NCBI GenBank assembly: GCA_963749155.1
Contig: CAVVLO010000001.1
Span: 96,001-160,000 of the forward strand
DNA length: 64,000 nt
From: an uncultured Armatimonadia bacterium
GTDB lineage: Bacteria; Armatimonadota; Zipacnadia; CAVVLO01
Direction of reading: 5' to 3'
Part shown: positions 40,229 through 50,685 of the stretch, piece by piece
How the letters are laid out: each line of letters begins with the position of its first letter
Numbering within the stretch: position 1 is the stretch's first letter
The notes under the pieces: generated by a model
What the model was told of the DNA's origin: nothing
Seen by the model: the letters and a program-made list of their open reading frames with translations, nothing else
Databases searched by the model: none
Program-made: the position numbers and the translations under genes

Positions 40229-41011
40229 CTACTCCAGCGCACTACCCAGACCTAACAAGCAAGCCTCGGCGGTATCGAAGGGGGTCTCGCCAAGCTGCCA
40301 CAGGTCGATAATCAAGGGCCCAGTGAAACCTGCTTCCTGGAGCGCCTGCACAGCGCCGCGCAAGGGCAAATCACCTGTGCCAGGCACAAGATGCTTGTGG
40401 ATACCCATCGCCAAATCAGTAATATGGCAGTGAAAAAGATGCCCCTGAAGCTGTGAAAGACTCTCGAAGGGGTCTGTTTCGGTCAGCCAGAGATGCCCAA
40501 TATCGGCATTGACGCCCAGATTGGCGTCTCCGAGTGCTTCCATCAAGGCCAGGCAGTCGGCGGCAGTCTCGATAGTAAGGCCAGGTTCAGGCTCTACGGC
40601 AAGTTTCACCTGTAATCTGGCAGCCGCCTGAGCCAACTCGTGTAGAGCCTCCCAGGTTGATTCGCGAAGCTCACTTCGGTCGCGGTCTGTATAAGAGGGC
40701 GAAGAAACAACCAGCGTGCGGCTGGGGGTGTGGGCAGCCAGGGGCAAGGCGCGCAGCAATTCATCATAAGTAAGAGAACTGCTCACATAATCGCCATGGT
40801 GTGAAACCGACCAGATCTCACACCCTTCACCTTCGAGCTGCCAGGTGCATTCGCTGGTAGCCAGGCACTCTCGCCCTGCGCCGGAATCTACGCAAAGCTC
40901 GAGGGCGCGAAATCCCATACGCCCGAGCCGGCGCTGCGTTTCTTCAATCGGCAACACGCCAAAGCCCTGGCTCCGGAACCCTGGTACCACGACTCGCTTC
41001 CCCCCCGGCAA
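40229..41011 (-). CDS. Sugar phosphate isomerase/epimerase family protein (start uncertain)
   Basis: LAVEPEPG, GVNADIGH, HCHITD and HKHLVPGTGD. Confidence 0.85.
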   Translation of the reverse strand: MPGGKRVVVPGFRSQGFGVLPIEETQRRLGRMGFRALELCVDSGAGRECLATSECTWQLEGEGCEIWSVSHHGDYVSSSLTYDELLRALPLAAHTPSRTLVVSSPSYTDRDRSELRESTWEALHELAQAAARLQVKLAVEPEPGLTIETAADCLALMEALGDANLGVNADIGHLWLTETDPFESLSQLQGHLFHCHITDLAMGIHKHLVPGTGDLPLRGAVQALQEAGFTGPLIIDLWQLGETPFDTAEACLLGLGSALE

Positions 41012-41044
41012 GCTACTTGCGGCATGGTCCTTTACGGCAGACAG

Positions 41045-42172
41045 TTATTTGAGGCCGGTCAGCTTGAGGTACAAATCAGTAATCTTGCGGATATAGTTCG
41101 TCGTCTCGCGGTAGGGCGGCACCCCTCCGTATTTTTTTACGGCGCCAGGGCCCGCGTTATAACAGGCCAGGGCAAGTGAGAGCTGGTCCCAGGGATCGCG
41201 TCCTTCGTATTTGCGCAGATGCCCCGAAATCAGCTTGAGCGAGGCATCCAGATTCTGCTTTATATCGAAAACATTGGTTACTCCAAAGCCTTTGGCGGTG
41301 CCTGGCATAAGCTGGCCAAGTCCAGCTGCGCCGGCGGAGGAGACAACTTTAGGGTTGAAGCTGGACTCGCAGGCGATAATTGCGACCGCAAGCTGGGGCG
41401 AGAGGCCTTCTCGCGCGCAAGCCCTGAGCAGTGTGTCGGCGATATACACGGCTTCCTGATCCGACAGTCGCTTGTTGAAATATTTCGCTGCGCCGGCATA
41501 AGCCCGCACCAGGTTGTCCCAGGTTTGCTCCTCTGGCTGGACGGGAGCTGGAGCAGGAGTATAAGACGAATAGCCGGGCGCAATCTGCCAGTAATTCCAG
41601 TCGGCGCGAGGCTGGGCCATCCCGCGCGAAACCAGTTCTGCATAGCGGTCAGGATCGTAATAGACTGTTTGCTGGGGCGCGGCAGGCGCCTGGCCAGTCA
41701 CAACCGGTTGAGGTTGAGGCGCGGCTTGTTCAGCATACAGGTAGACATCCTCTGCGATTGCAGCCATCAGCTTCAGCAAAGGACGATCTGAACCTTCCAC
41801 AAGCAGCGCCAGTGCCCGCACCTGCTTGCCTGAACGCAGACAGCAGTCGAACTGATCGACTTCCAGCGTGAGGCTTGGCCCTTCGAGTGGTTTCAGAATG
41901 AGCAGGCCGCTGGTCCCATCGCAGGTGACGGTGCCCACAACCTGGCCCTGGGCTTCAAAGACACGCCCCTCGTAAGCGGCAGGCTCTTCGGCAACCTGGG
42001 GCCAGCCGAGCAGTTCGGCCCCTGCGGTCGCCTGGCGCAACTGGCAATACTGGGTATAGGTGCAGGAGGGGGGAGTCACTTCGGGCGTGGCAGGCGCCGC
42101 CTCCTGGCTCCAGGCCAGGCAGGACACGAACAGCAGGCTGCACAGCAGCGCCAGCGCGAGTTTACTCCTCAT
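41045..42172 (-). CDS. Secreted lytic transglycosylase (SLT domain)
   Basis: Signal peptide; ESSFNP, SSAGAAGLGQLMP, LACYNAGPG and PPYRETTNYI. Confidence 0.92.
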   Translation of the reverse strand: MRSKLALALLCSLLFVSCLAWSQEAAPATPEVTPPSCTYTQYCQLRQATAGAELLGWPQVAEEPAAYEGRVFEAQGQVVGTVTCDGTSGLLILKPLEGPSLTLEVDQFDCCLRSGKQVRALALLVEGSDRPLLKLMAAIAEDVYLYAEQAAPQPQPVVTGQAPAAPQQTVYYDPDRYAELVSRGMAQPRADWNYWQIAPGYSSYTPAPAPVQPEEQTWDNLVRAYAGAAKYFNKRLSDQEAVYIADTLLRACAREGLSPQLAVAIIACESSFNPKVVSSAGAAGLGQLMPGTAKGFGVTNVFDIKQNLDASLKLISGHLRKYEGRDPWDQLSLALACYNAGPGAVKKYGGVPPYRETTNYIRKITDLYLKLTGLK

Positions 42173-42689
42173 CGAACAACACCCTTTCGAAAGTCTCGTA
42201 AGCCTCCTGGCCCCATAAGGCGAAGGTAACCTCGAGTTCATAATTCGCATAACTGTCGAACTGCGTGACTGCTTTCACCATTATACGCGCAGCTTCTTCC
42301 AGCGGAAAGCCGCCCACTCCAGTCCCGAGCGCCGGAAAAGCCACAGTCTTGAAACCGCGCTCGCGACACCTGAGCAACGAATTTTCGGTCGCCCTGTATA
42401 TCAGGTCGGCATCGGGCAACACTCCCGAGCCCATCGCTGCCGCATGGATCACATACCTGGCAGGTAAAGCATAACCCGATGTCACCACTGCTTCGCCAAG
42501 TTCGACAGGGCCCTGGCGCATCGCTTCTTCTTCAAGCTCCAGGCCGCCCCGCCGTTTGAGCGCGCCTGCCACACCTGAACCCATCCAGAGTTCATTGTTA
42601 GCCGCGTTTACTACGGCATCCAGGGCCATAAGGGAAATATCTCCCTCGACCAGTCGCACGGTCACCTTGCCCAGTTGCTTGCTTCTCAC
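42162..42689 (-). CDS. Macro-domain ADP-ribose-binding/hydrolase protein
   Basis: GDIS, AVVNAAN, GSGVAGAL, VIHAA and FPALGTGVGG. Confidence 0.92.
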   Translation of the reverse strand: MRSKQLGKVTVRLVEGDISLMALDAVVNAANNELWMGSGVAGALKRRGGLELEEEAMRQGPVELGEAVVTSGYALPARYVIHAAAMGSGVLPDADLIYRATENSLLRCRERGFKTVAFPALGTGVGGFPLEEAARIMVKAVTQFDSYANYELEVTFALWGQEAYETFERVLFDEE

Positions 42690-43335
42690 CGGCCAGGCTA
42701 GCCCCCTGCTGCCTGTCCTTGAAGCGCAGATACTCCAGGGCGACAATCAAGCCAGTACAGCCAACCATACTGCCGATACGCTCGGTGATGCGGTTGAGGT
42801 TGCGCGAGATAGTGTCAGCGTCGGTGCCGCTTGCCTTCTCGGATTGCTCCATTGCGAAAAGGGCCGGTGGCACAACCTCCATCAGGAAACGCCCGACAAT
42901 CTGGTTGAAGGAGTGATCGGGCAGTGCCTGATACCTGCTGCGCAGGCTAAGCCAGGTCTCATCCCAGGTTAGTCGCGCCTGGCGGTCCTGCTCGCGTCTC
43001 TCGTGCTGGGCCTGGACTTCCTGCATCGAGCCTGCCCTGCGAGCGGCATACTCGATATAAGTGTCGAGATTGGTGTTCTCGAAAACCAGCAGTTTCAGCG
43101 GTTCACCAAATACCTGCTTGATAAAGGGCGCCAGCTCGAAGCTTGCCTGATGGGAGGAGGCATAAGCCTTAACCTCCGAGTCGCTGGTGCCAAATCCGAG
43201 TACCAGATAATCATCATCGAGACACAGGGGAGTAGCCTTCTCGAGCACCTGCCAAAGACGCGGGTGGTTGAGTTTGTCTTTTACGAGCGCCTCGAGTTGT
43301 TCCCAACGGTCCTGGACTTCAATGTCGCGTACCAA
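42690..43335 (-). CDS. Conserved hypothetical protein (resembles an Armatimonadota family; 3' end probably frameshifted)
   Basis: RBS GGAGGAG; W.....LVK.K..HP.LW..LE...P....DD..VLGF. One more G in the G-run near 42705 would stop it before the macro gene. Confidence 0.65.
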
Positions 43336-43374
43336 AACAGCACTCCTCCAGTCGCTTGATTGCGGACTTGCTCT

Positions 43375-43908
43375 TCAATATGAGGCGCCTGCCCCAAGTT
43401 GCTGCCAGAGCCAGGCCAGATCTTCGACAAGTCGAGACTCTGACTGGGCGCCTCTGTATAGCTCATAACTGTTATCGCCGCTTGCGCGCGAAGCCGCCAG
43501 CAGCAGCTTGCCTTCCTTCGCCGCCTGGCCAAGCAATTCCTCCAGTCGGCTTGCCTGCCATCTGGCTGATTTCAAAGGACCAGCGCTGGGCGACTGACTC
43601 GCCACAGTAAGCGCTGGGCCGATCAGTCCCTCGGCCGGACCAGGCAGCAAATCGGCTACCCCAGCCAGCCCCTGTCCAAGTGGAGCCGGCTCGAGGGAAA
43701 GCCCCTCGGCATCGAGCCTCAGCCGCGCCTCCGAACAAATTATCTCGGCAAGCAAAGGCTTTGCCTTCTCGAACGACAGCTTCGGCAGCAAGCCCTGGCG
43801 CAGCTCAACGAGTGGGTCCAGAGCTAGTTTCAGGCCGCTTAAAGTCCGTTTTCGCGCGACACCAAGTGCGAGTGCCGAATCCAGCCAGCCTGCCGGATCA
43901 AGCACCAA
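43375..43908 (-). CDS. Hypothetical protein
   Basis: 177-aa ORF packed in the minus-strand operon. Confidence 0.5.
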   Translation of the reverse strand: MVLDPAGWLDSALALGVARKRTLSGLKLALDPLVELRQGLLPKLSFEKAKPLLAEIICSEARLRLDAEGLSLEPAPLGQGLAGVADLLPGPAEGLIGPALTVASQSPSAGPLKSARWQASRLEELLGQAAKEGKLLLAASRASGDNSYELYRGAQSESRLVEDLAWLWQQLGAGASY

Positions 43909-43910
43909 CT

Positions 43911-44336
43911 CTAAACGAACCTGCGGTCATTGCCGCGTGCAACGCCTCGAGCCCAGCGAATCTGAGCTGCCCACCAGGCTGAATCCTGGGCTTCGGCTTC
44001 CGAGGGCCTGGGCAGCGCAACCCCCACCCAGGGAGGCCGCAGCTCGACAAGCAGAGCGAGTGAATCAGGCTCCAGGGAGACAGGCCGGAAAACCGGCACG
44101 AAAACTCCTACTCCCTTGTTCACGAGCTCGGTGAGGACACCAAGCCGCTCGATGGCCCGTTCAGGCACAAGGTCGAGTTTGACATATTCGGCCTTCTGCT
44201 CTAGCCCAAATTGTGCCAGCCAGCCCAGCCAGTCAACCGAGGCCAGTTGCCCCTGAGGCGCAACCAGCGCCAGTGAACTCTCAGCATATCCAGGCATTAC
44301 TTTCTCAAACTCCCTCGCGCTGCTACTCTCCGGCAA
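43911..44336 (-). CDS. Hypothetical protein
   Basis: 141-aa ORF, first gene of the minus-strand operon. Confidence 0.5.
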   Translation of the reverse strand: MPESSSAREFEKVMPGYAESSLALVAPQGQLASVDWLGWLAQFGLEQKAEYVKLDLVPERAIERLGVLTELVNKGVGVFVPVFRPVSLEPDSLALLVELRPPWVGVALPRPSEAEAQDSAWWAAQIRWARGVARGNDRRFV

Positions 44337-44394
44337 CTTGGGAGTATAGAATAGTACTTACTTCAATTCTACAACACGAACGCCAAGAGCCGGA

Positions 44395-45237
44395 ATGTTT
44401 GACCGAGACTTCAGAAGAAAGCTTTCCCAAAAGCTTCGTGAGAGGCTTGAAGCAGGCCCTGGAACCACTCCAGAGCCTGCCTCTGGTGCTGAAGAGCCAG
44501 TGGGTGAAATTACTGTCCCAAGCGGGCTGGCCTGGGTCGCTCCCCCCGGGTTGCCCGAGCAACCGCTTTCGCTTGCCGAATTTATGGGAGGACGCGAGCT
44601 GACGCTTGATTCCGGCCGCCTGCTGGTTGTCGAAGGTTATGGCAAGCGGGTGCTGGAAGAACTGGCCCTCACCGGATTGAAGCTTGCCAGTCACGAGCTT
44701 GATCGCGCACTTGAAGGCGGGCCCCTGGTGATCTTTGACCTCGAGACTTGCGGATTTGGGGGTTGTCCGGTTTTCCTGGTCGGCCTGCTGGAGTGGGATG
44801 GCGACCGGCTGGAGCTGGTGCAGTATCTGGCAGAGGATCTGGATCAGGAAGCTGCCCTGCTCGAGGCCAGTCTCGACCGGCTTGCGAGGGCTGGAGGGCT
44901 GGTCTCGTACAACGGGCGAACTTTCGATTTGCCTTTCCTCAAAGAGCGAGCAATCTGGCATCAGCAGGCCTTCCCCTTGCTTGGTCCCCACTTCGATTTG
45001 CTGCCCATCGCGCGCAAGCGTCTGGGCAAAAGTGTGCCCAACCACAAGCTGCAGACACTCGAGACCTGCCTGCTGGCGCGTGGCAGGCAAGGTGATGTGC
45101 CGGGGGCCGAGATTGCAGATTTCTATTTTCAGTATGCCGAAACACGTGATTTGGCGGCCCTTGTGCCGATAATGGCTCATAATGCTTTCGACCTGGTTAG
45201 CCTGGCCCAAATACTGGAATTACTTGCAGGAGACTAA
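44395..45237 (+). CDS. YprB-like RNase H-superfamily (DEDD) exonuclease
   Basis: FDLETCG, SYNGRTFDLPFL, HFDLL, DVPG and HNAFDL. Confidence 0.88.
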   Translation: MFDRDFRRKLSQKLRERLEAGPGTTPEPASGAEEPVGEITVPSGLAWVAPPGLPEQPLSLAEFMGGRELTLDSGRLLVVEGYGKRVLEELALTGLKLASHELDRALEGGPLVIFDLETCGFGGCPVFLVGLLEWDGDRLELVQYLAEDLDQEAALLEASLDRLARAGGLVSYNGRTFDLPFLKERAIWHQQAFPLLGPHFDLLPIARKRLGKSVPNHKLQTLETCLLARGRQGDVPGAEIADFYFQYAETRDLAALVPIMAHNAFDLVSLAQILELLAGD

Positions 45238-45304
45238 CGCTGGCAGGGACTTGCCTCAGGATGCGGAATCCTTGCCTTCCAATTGAAAGGATGGAGGATA
45301 CAAG

Positions 45305-47287
45305 ATGAGACAACGTTTCGACCTGAGCGATTATGAATGGACCCTGACCGGCTGGCAGCCCTGGTACTGGCGTTTCCGCCAGTCAATGGAACTGGGCAAC
45401 GACCTGGGCGCCAATATCGCCCCGGTAAAGGTGAAGCTGCCTTGTTCCGTGCAGCAGGCGATGTTGAACGCGGGCGTCATCGCCGACTGGAATTACGGTA
45501 TCAACTCGTTCCTGTGCGAGTGGATTGAAAACCGCCACTGGGTTTATTCCCTCGAAGTGCCCGCGGACTGTATGGGCGAAGGGCAACCCGTGCTGGTCTG
45601 CGAGGGGCTCGATTATGAAGGCTATATCCGCGTAAACGGTGTCGAGATCAGCCAGTTCAAAGGCACGCACCTCCAGTGGGAGTTCGACCTTACTGGTCAC
45701 CTGAAGCCCGGAGAGCGCAATTTCATCGATATCGTGTTCACCTGGCTGCCCAGATATCTGGGTCAGATAGGCTATACGTCCGAATTCAAGGACTGGAAGC
45801 CGCGTTTCAACTATATCTGGGACTGGGTGCCGCGCGTGGTAAGCGTGGGCGTCTATCAGAAAGTACATCTCGAGTGGCGCAAGGGCGATGCGATAAAGGC
45901 GCTTTCGATGTACGAGGATTATTCGACCGAGACGAAAACTGGCAGCGTAAATTTGCGCGCTGACCTCGACCTGGACAAATGCGGCACCGTGCAGGTGCTG
46001 GTCGAAGATCTCCAGGGGAAAGTGCTCGGGCAGTATTCTTTCAAGGCCGAGAAAGACTTCAAAGGCACAATCAAGGACATCAAGGTTGCGCCCTGGTGCC
46101 CCAATGGGCAGGGCGAACAACCCCTGTACAACATCCGGTTCAAGCTTATCTCTCCCCAGGGCAAAGCGCTCGATGAGCTTGTGCGCCGGGTTGGCTTCCG
46201 CCAGATAAAGTGGTTGCCCTGCGAAGGCGCGCCGAAGGATGCAGAGCCGTGGATATGCGAGGCCAATGGCACGGCTTTCTTCTTGCAGGGAGCCAACTGG
46301 GTGCCGCCGGTAGCCAATTTTGCCGACGTGACTGAAGAGCAATACACCACTTTGCTCAAGCTATACAAGGAACTCGGTTTCAACCTGCTGCGCGTGTGGG
46401 GAGGAGCCATACTTGAGAGAGAACGTTTCTACGAGCTTTGCGATGAGCTGGGCCTGCTGGTCTGGCAGGAGTTCTGCCTGTCGAGTTCGGGCATAGACAA
46501 CTACGCGCCAGATGACAAGCAGTCCATCGCCGAGATGAAGGATATTGTCACCAGCTATATCGACCGCAGGCAGCATCACCCAAGCCTGCTGATGTGGTGC
46601 GGCGGCAATGAGCTGCAGACGGGAATGAACGGCGAAAAAGCAGGCCAGGGCTTGCCCCTGGACACCAAGCATCCAATGCTGAAAATGATGGCGCAAGTCT
46701 GCGCGAAGCTGGATCCTACGCGCAAATTTGTCGCGACCAGTTCGACCGGGCCGCGTTTCTTCGCGCAGCCGGAGGACTTCGGCAAGGGCCTGCACCACGA
46801 TGTCCACGGCCCCTGGAATCTGATTGGCCATACCGTGGACTGGATCCGGGACGAATACTGGGCGAAGGACGACTCGCTCTTCCGCTCGGAGACCGGGATG
46901 CCCGGCGCTGCGCCGATTGAGCTAATCAAGCAGTATGGCGGCTCGCTCGCAACACCTATCTCGGAGCGCAACCCTTTCTGGAATCACACTGGTGGCTGGT
47001 GGATTGAACGCCAGGCTTTCCTGGACGAAACCGGCGCCGACGAGATGGACCTTGAAGCCTATGTAAAGTGGAGTCAGCCGCGCCAGGCCGAGGTGTTGCG
47101 CATCGCGGCAACGGCTTGCAAGAAGCGCTTCCCCGCTTGTGGGGGTTTTATGATTTGGGAAGGGCATGATTGTTATCCCTGCCCGGCCAACTGCGCGGTC
47201 ATCGACTTCCACCGGCAGCCCAAACCAGCGGCACTGGCGCTGGGGAAGGTCTTCCACACGCCCCAGGAAGAACTCGGCGAACTCTGA
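45305..47287 (+). CDS. GH2 beta-mannosidase-like glycoside hydrolase
   Basis: EGLDY, WDWVPR, GANWVP, LLRVWGG, CDELGLLVWQEF, WCGGNE and SETG. Confidence 0.9.
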   Translation: MRQRFDLSDYEWTLTGWQPWYWRFRQSMELGNDLGANIAPVKVKLPCSVQQAMLNAGVIADWNYGINSFLCEWIENRHWVYSLEVPADCMGEGQPVLVCEGLDYEGYIRVNGVEISQFKGTHLQWEFDLTGHLKPGERNFIDIVFTWLPRYLGQIGYTSEFKDWKPRFNYIWDWVPRVVSVGVYQKVHLEWRKGDAIKALSMYEDYSTETKTGSVNLRADLDLDKCGTVQVLVEDLQGKVLGQYSFKAEKDFKGTIKDIKVAPWCPNGQGEQPLYNIRFKLISPQGKALDELVRRVGFRQIKWLPCEGAPKDAEPWICEANGTAFFLQGANWVPPVANFADVTEEQYTTLLKLYKELGFNLLRVWGGAILERERFYELCDELGLLVWQEFCLSSSGIDNYAPDDKQSIAEMKDIVTSYIDRRQHHPSLLMWCGGNELQTGMNGEKAGQGLPLDTKHPMLKMMAQVCAKLDPTRKFVATSSTGPRFFAQPEDFGKGLHHDVHGPWNLIGHTVDWIRDEYWAKDDSLFRSETGMPGAAPIELIKQYGGSLATPISERNPFWNHTGGWWIERQAFLDETGADEMDLEAYVKWSQPRQAEVLRIAATACKKRFPACGGFMIWEGHDCYPCPANCAVIDFHRQPKPAALALGKVFHTPQEELGEL

Positions 47288-47306
47288 GTCTGAGGTAACA
47301 AACCAG

Positions 47307-47345
47307 ACCGGCCCGGCCTCCAGCAGAGGTCGGGTCGGTTGCTTT
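47307..47345 (+). terminator. Intrinsic-terminator-like hairpin
   Basis: ACCGGCCCGGCCTC-CAGCA-GAGGTCGGGTCGGT then TGCTTT. Confidence 0.55.
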
Positions 47346-47376
47346 GGCGGCTCCGGGTGGCGTATATTGCCCTAAG

Positions 47377-48306
47377 GTGAGCGATTTGGCGAGTCACGAA
47401 GCCCCCAGGCTGCCTCCCGACCTTGAAGAGGCGCACGCTAGGTATCTCGACTTTCTCCTCGTCGAGAAAGGCGCGGCTGACCAGACAGTCCTCAGCTATT
47501 CAAGTGACCTAGACGGGTTTCTTGCTTTTGCCACCGAAAGAGGCCTCCAGCACCCTGGAGCCATCCGGGAGGACCTGTTGCTCGCTTTTCTTGGCCGGCT
47601 GCGCGAACAGGGGGCAAAGCGCGCCACCATCAGCCGGAAATTGTCGGCGCTAAGAGGCTTCTTCAGGTATCTCCTCGCCGAGAAACGCCTTTCCCACGAC
47701 CCCTCGGCCCTGCTCGAGACGCCTCCTAAAGAGCGCCGGCTGCCTAAAGCTCTGGATGTGGACGAGGCCCTGCGAGTGCTTGGCGAGACCCGGAAGGACT
47801 CGCCGACGGCCTTGCGCGACAGGGCGCTGCTTTATGTGCTTTATTCCTGCGGGCTGCGCGTCTCGGAAGCAGTCGAACTGAAGCCATCCGCGGTCAATGC
47901 GAGCGAAGGCTTGCTGCGAATTATCGGCAAGGGCAACAAGGAACGGCTTGCGCCTATCGGGCAGGCGGCGCTGGAAGTGCTTCGAGAGTATCTTGAGGAG
48001 GGCCGGCCCCGGCTGGTGAGGGGCGTGATGCCCTTCCTTTTCGTAGCTGACCGGGGTGGACCGCTGGCCAGGCAACGCGCCTGGGCCCTGGTGAAGCATT
48101 ACGCTACTTTGGCAGGCATCGCAAGGCCTGTTTCACCTCACACCTTCCGCCATTCTTTCGCGACCCATCTCTTGCAGGGAGGCGCCGACCTGCGCGCCAT
48201 CCAGCAGATGCTCGGTCACGCGAGCCTTGCCACAACGCAAATCTACACCGCCCTCGACAACGCCGACTTGCGCGATATCTATCGCTCAGCCCATCCCAGA
48301 GCCTGA
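47377..48306 (+). CDS. xerD: Site-specific tyrosine recombinase XerD
   Basis: GLRVSE, GKGNKER, SPHTFRHSFATHLL, GADLR and LGHASLATTQIY; N-terminal SAM-like domain. Confidence 0.9.
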   Translation: MSDLASHEAPRLPPDLEEAHARYLDFLLVEKGAADQTVLSYSSDLDGFLAFATERGLQHPGAIREDLLLAFLGRLREQGAKRATISRKLSALRGFFRYLLAEKRLSHDPSALLETPPKERRLPKALDVDEALRVLGETRKDSPTALRDRALLYVLYSCGLRVSEAVELKPSAVNASEGLLRIIGKGNKERLAPIGQAALEVLREYLEEGRPRLVRGVMPFLFVADRGGPLARQRAWALVKHYATLAGIARPVSPHTFRHSFATHLLQGGADLRAIQQMLGHASLATTQIYTALDNADLRDIYRSAHPRA

Positions 48307-48323
48307 TATGAAGGAGCCCCTCG

Positions 48324-50044
48324 ATGCAGCAACTAACAACTGATGTGCTGGTTATTGGCTCCGGCGGGGCGGGACTCAGGGCCGCAATAGAAGCGCGAAC
48401 CTGCGGCGCAAGCGTGCTGGTACTCGACAAGAAGAAGCCAGGGCTTGCCAGCACTACCTATTGGGCGGCTTCCGACTGGATGGCCTTCGGCGCGGCGGTT
48501 GGCCACGCTGACCCGGCTGACAGCCCCGAGCAGCATTACCTGGATATCTGCGCGAAGGGCGGCCTGGTAAGTGATCCCGAGCTTTCGCGTATCGTTGCTT
48601 ACGAGGCGCCAGACCGGGTTGAAGACCTCACTCGCTGGGGGATGGACTGGGACCGGGAGCCTGATGGGCGATATCGGCAGATTCTGAGCGATGGCGCGAC
48701 CTACCCGCGCGCCCTGGGCAAGGGCGCCGAGACCGGCAAGCACCTTGTCGAAGTGTTGCTTGAAAGGGCGGCCCAGCTTGGCTGCATGGTGCTGGGTGGC
48801 TGGCGGTTGGCAGATTTACTGGCAGACGAGAAAGGGGTGCTGGCGCTTTGCCTCTCGGCTAGCCAGGAAGACTGGTTGCTGGTCCGGGCGAAGGCTGCGG
48901 TGATCGCCTCGGGCGGGATGGGGGCGCTGTTTGCCGCAAATATCTTTCCGCAGGGGCTGTTCGGTGAGGCAACGATCGCAGCCCTGAGCGCGGGCGCAAA
49001 GCTTGTGAATATGGAGTTCATCCAGATTGGCCCTGGTTCGATGTGGCCGATGAAATTTGCGCTTTCGGGAGTTTTCTGGCGGCTTGCCCCCCAAATTACC
49101 AACGGCCTGGGAGAGGAGTTTCTGGGCCGGTATATGCCCGAGGGCGTCGACCTGGCCCAGGCCCTTTGGGTGAAAGGCGTCTCCTACCCCTATACTGTGC
49201 GCAATGAGAGCCAATATGTGGATCGGGCAATCTTCCACGAGCTCGCCGAGGGGCGCGGCGCCGAGCATGGAGGGGTGTTCCTCAGCCTGGCTCATAATCC
49301 GCCGGAAGTTATCGAGACCGAGGCGCGGGTGCCTTTCGAGTTTTGGTTGAAGCACGGGGTGGACCTGCGACGCGATGCGCTCGAGTTCGCGCCCTGTTGT
49401 CAGCATTTCAACGGAGGACTGCTGATAGACAGCACTGCAAGCGTTGGCGTGCCTGGACTGTATGCGGCAGGCGAGGCGGCGGGTGGGCCTCACGGGGCGG
49501 ATAGACCCGGCGGCAACGCGCTTGCTGACTGTCAGGTGTTCGGGCGTATCGCGGGAAACTCGGCGGCAGACTGGGCTTCTGTGCATCCTCTGCCAGGTGA
49601 GCAGTCAGCGCTGGACTGGGCTGAAGAACGCCAGCAAGCTGTCCTGACCCGGGTTAACGAACAGAATTCAGGAGAGCAGGAAAAAGCTCAGTTGGCGAAG
49701 GAATTATGGCTACATTGCGGCCTTTATCGCGATGCGGCGGGGCTTCAATCCGTCCTTTCCAGTTGTGAGGCAACGAGGGCTAGCCTTGTTCAAAAGGGCG
49801 CGCGGTGTCCTGGTGAGGTGCTGGAACTGGGGCGTTGACCAGGCTCGGTCAGGCTGTGGCGCTGTCGGCGCTGGCCAGAGAGGAGTCGCGCGGCACCCAT
49901 TATCGGGCTGACTTCCCCGTGAAGAACTTGCCCGAGTGGGAGTGCCAGCATCTCATCGGGTGGGAAGGTGGCGAGCTTGCCCTCTCGCGGCGTAAACTGG
50001 ACTTGCCGCTGGAAGTTGCGGCGCTGAGGAGTGAGCTTGAGTGA
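48324..50044 (+). CDS. SdhA/FrdA/NadB-family flavoprotein (frameshift at about 49830)
   Basis: DVLVIGSGGAG, NMEFIQ, HFNGG, GLYAAGE and HGADRPGGNAL; C-terminal REESRGTHYRADFP in the next frame. Confidence 0.85.
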
Positions 50045-50676
50045 CCGGTATCCCTGCTGACCTGCGAGTTGAGGTCGTGGTTGTTGGCCAACTCAACACC
50101 AATTGCGTGTTGCTTGGCCTGAAGTCTTCTGCGGAAGTGCTGGTCGTGGACCCGGGCGCTGACCTGGAAAAAATCGAGGCAGTGCTCCAGAAGCACAAGC
50201 TGCGCCCTGTAGCAGTGGCGCTGACGCATGGCCATTTCGACCATTTTGGCGCGGCGAAGGCGCTGATGGCCAAGTGGGATGTGCCCTGCTATATGCACAG
50301 GGGCGATGAAGAATACGCCCAGCGCGCGCCTGCCGTCGCCCTCGAATGGATAGGCGAGCCGGTCGAGTTGCCGGACCAGATTACCTGGCTGGAGCCGGGG
50401 CCTTTTGAAGTGGCTGGACTTTTGCTAAAAGTCGCCCACACGCCTGGCCATTCACCTGGCAGTGTCAGCTTTATACTGGACGGCCTCGTACTGCCTGGCG
50501 ATGTGCTCTTCTATGAGGGGGTTGGGCGCTGGGACTTCTTCGGGGGCAACTATAACGAGCTGATGAAATCCATCCAGGAAGAACTGCTCAGCCTGCCGGA
50601 GGCCACAAAAGTGATACCCGGCCACGGGCCGGCGACTTCGGTAGGGCACGAAAAACGTCATAATCCCTATCTTTGA
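50041..50676 (+). CDS. MBL-fold metallo-hydrolase (glyoxalase II-like)
   Basis: THGHFDH, HTPGHSPG, GDVLF and PGHGP. Confidence 0.92.
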   Translation: MTGIPADLRVEVVVVGQLNTNCVLLGLKSSAEVLVVDPGADLEKIEAVLQKHKLRPVAVALTHGHFDHFGAAKALMAKWDVPCYMHRGDEEYAQRAPAVALEWIGEPVELPDQITWLEPGPFEVAGLLLKVAHTPGHSPGSVSFILDGLVLPGDVLFYEGVGRWDFFGGNYNELMKSIQEELLSLPEATKVIPGHGPATSVGHEKRHNPYL

Positions 50677-50685
50677 GGCGCGCTG

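Noticed and set aside
47377..48306. Integrase marking a prophage or genomic island
   Set aside because: Sequence is typical housekeeping XerD; no att site, tRNA or phage genes nearby
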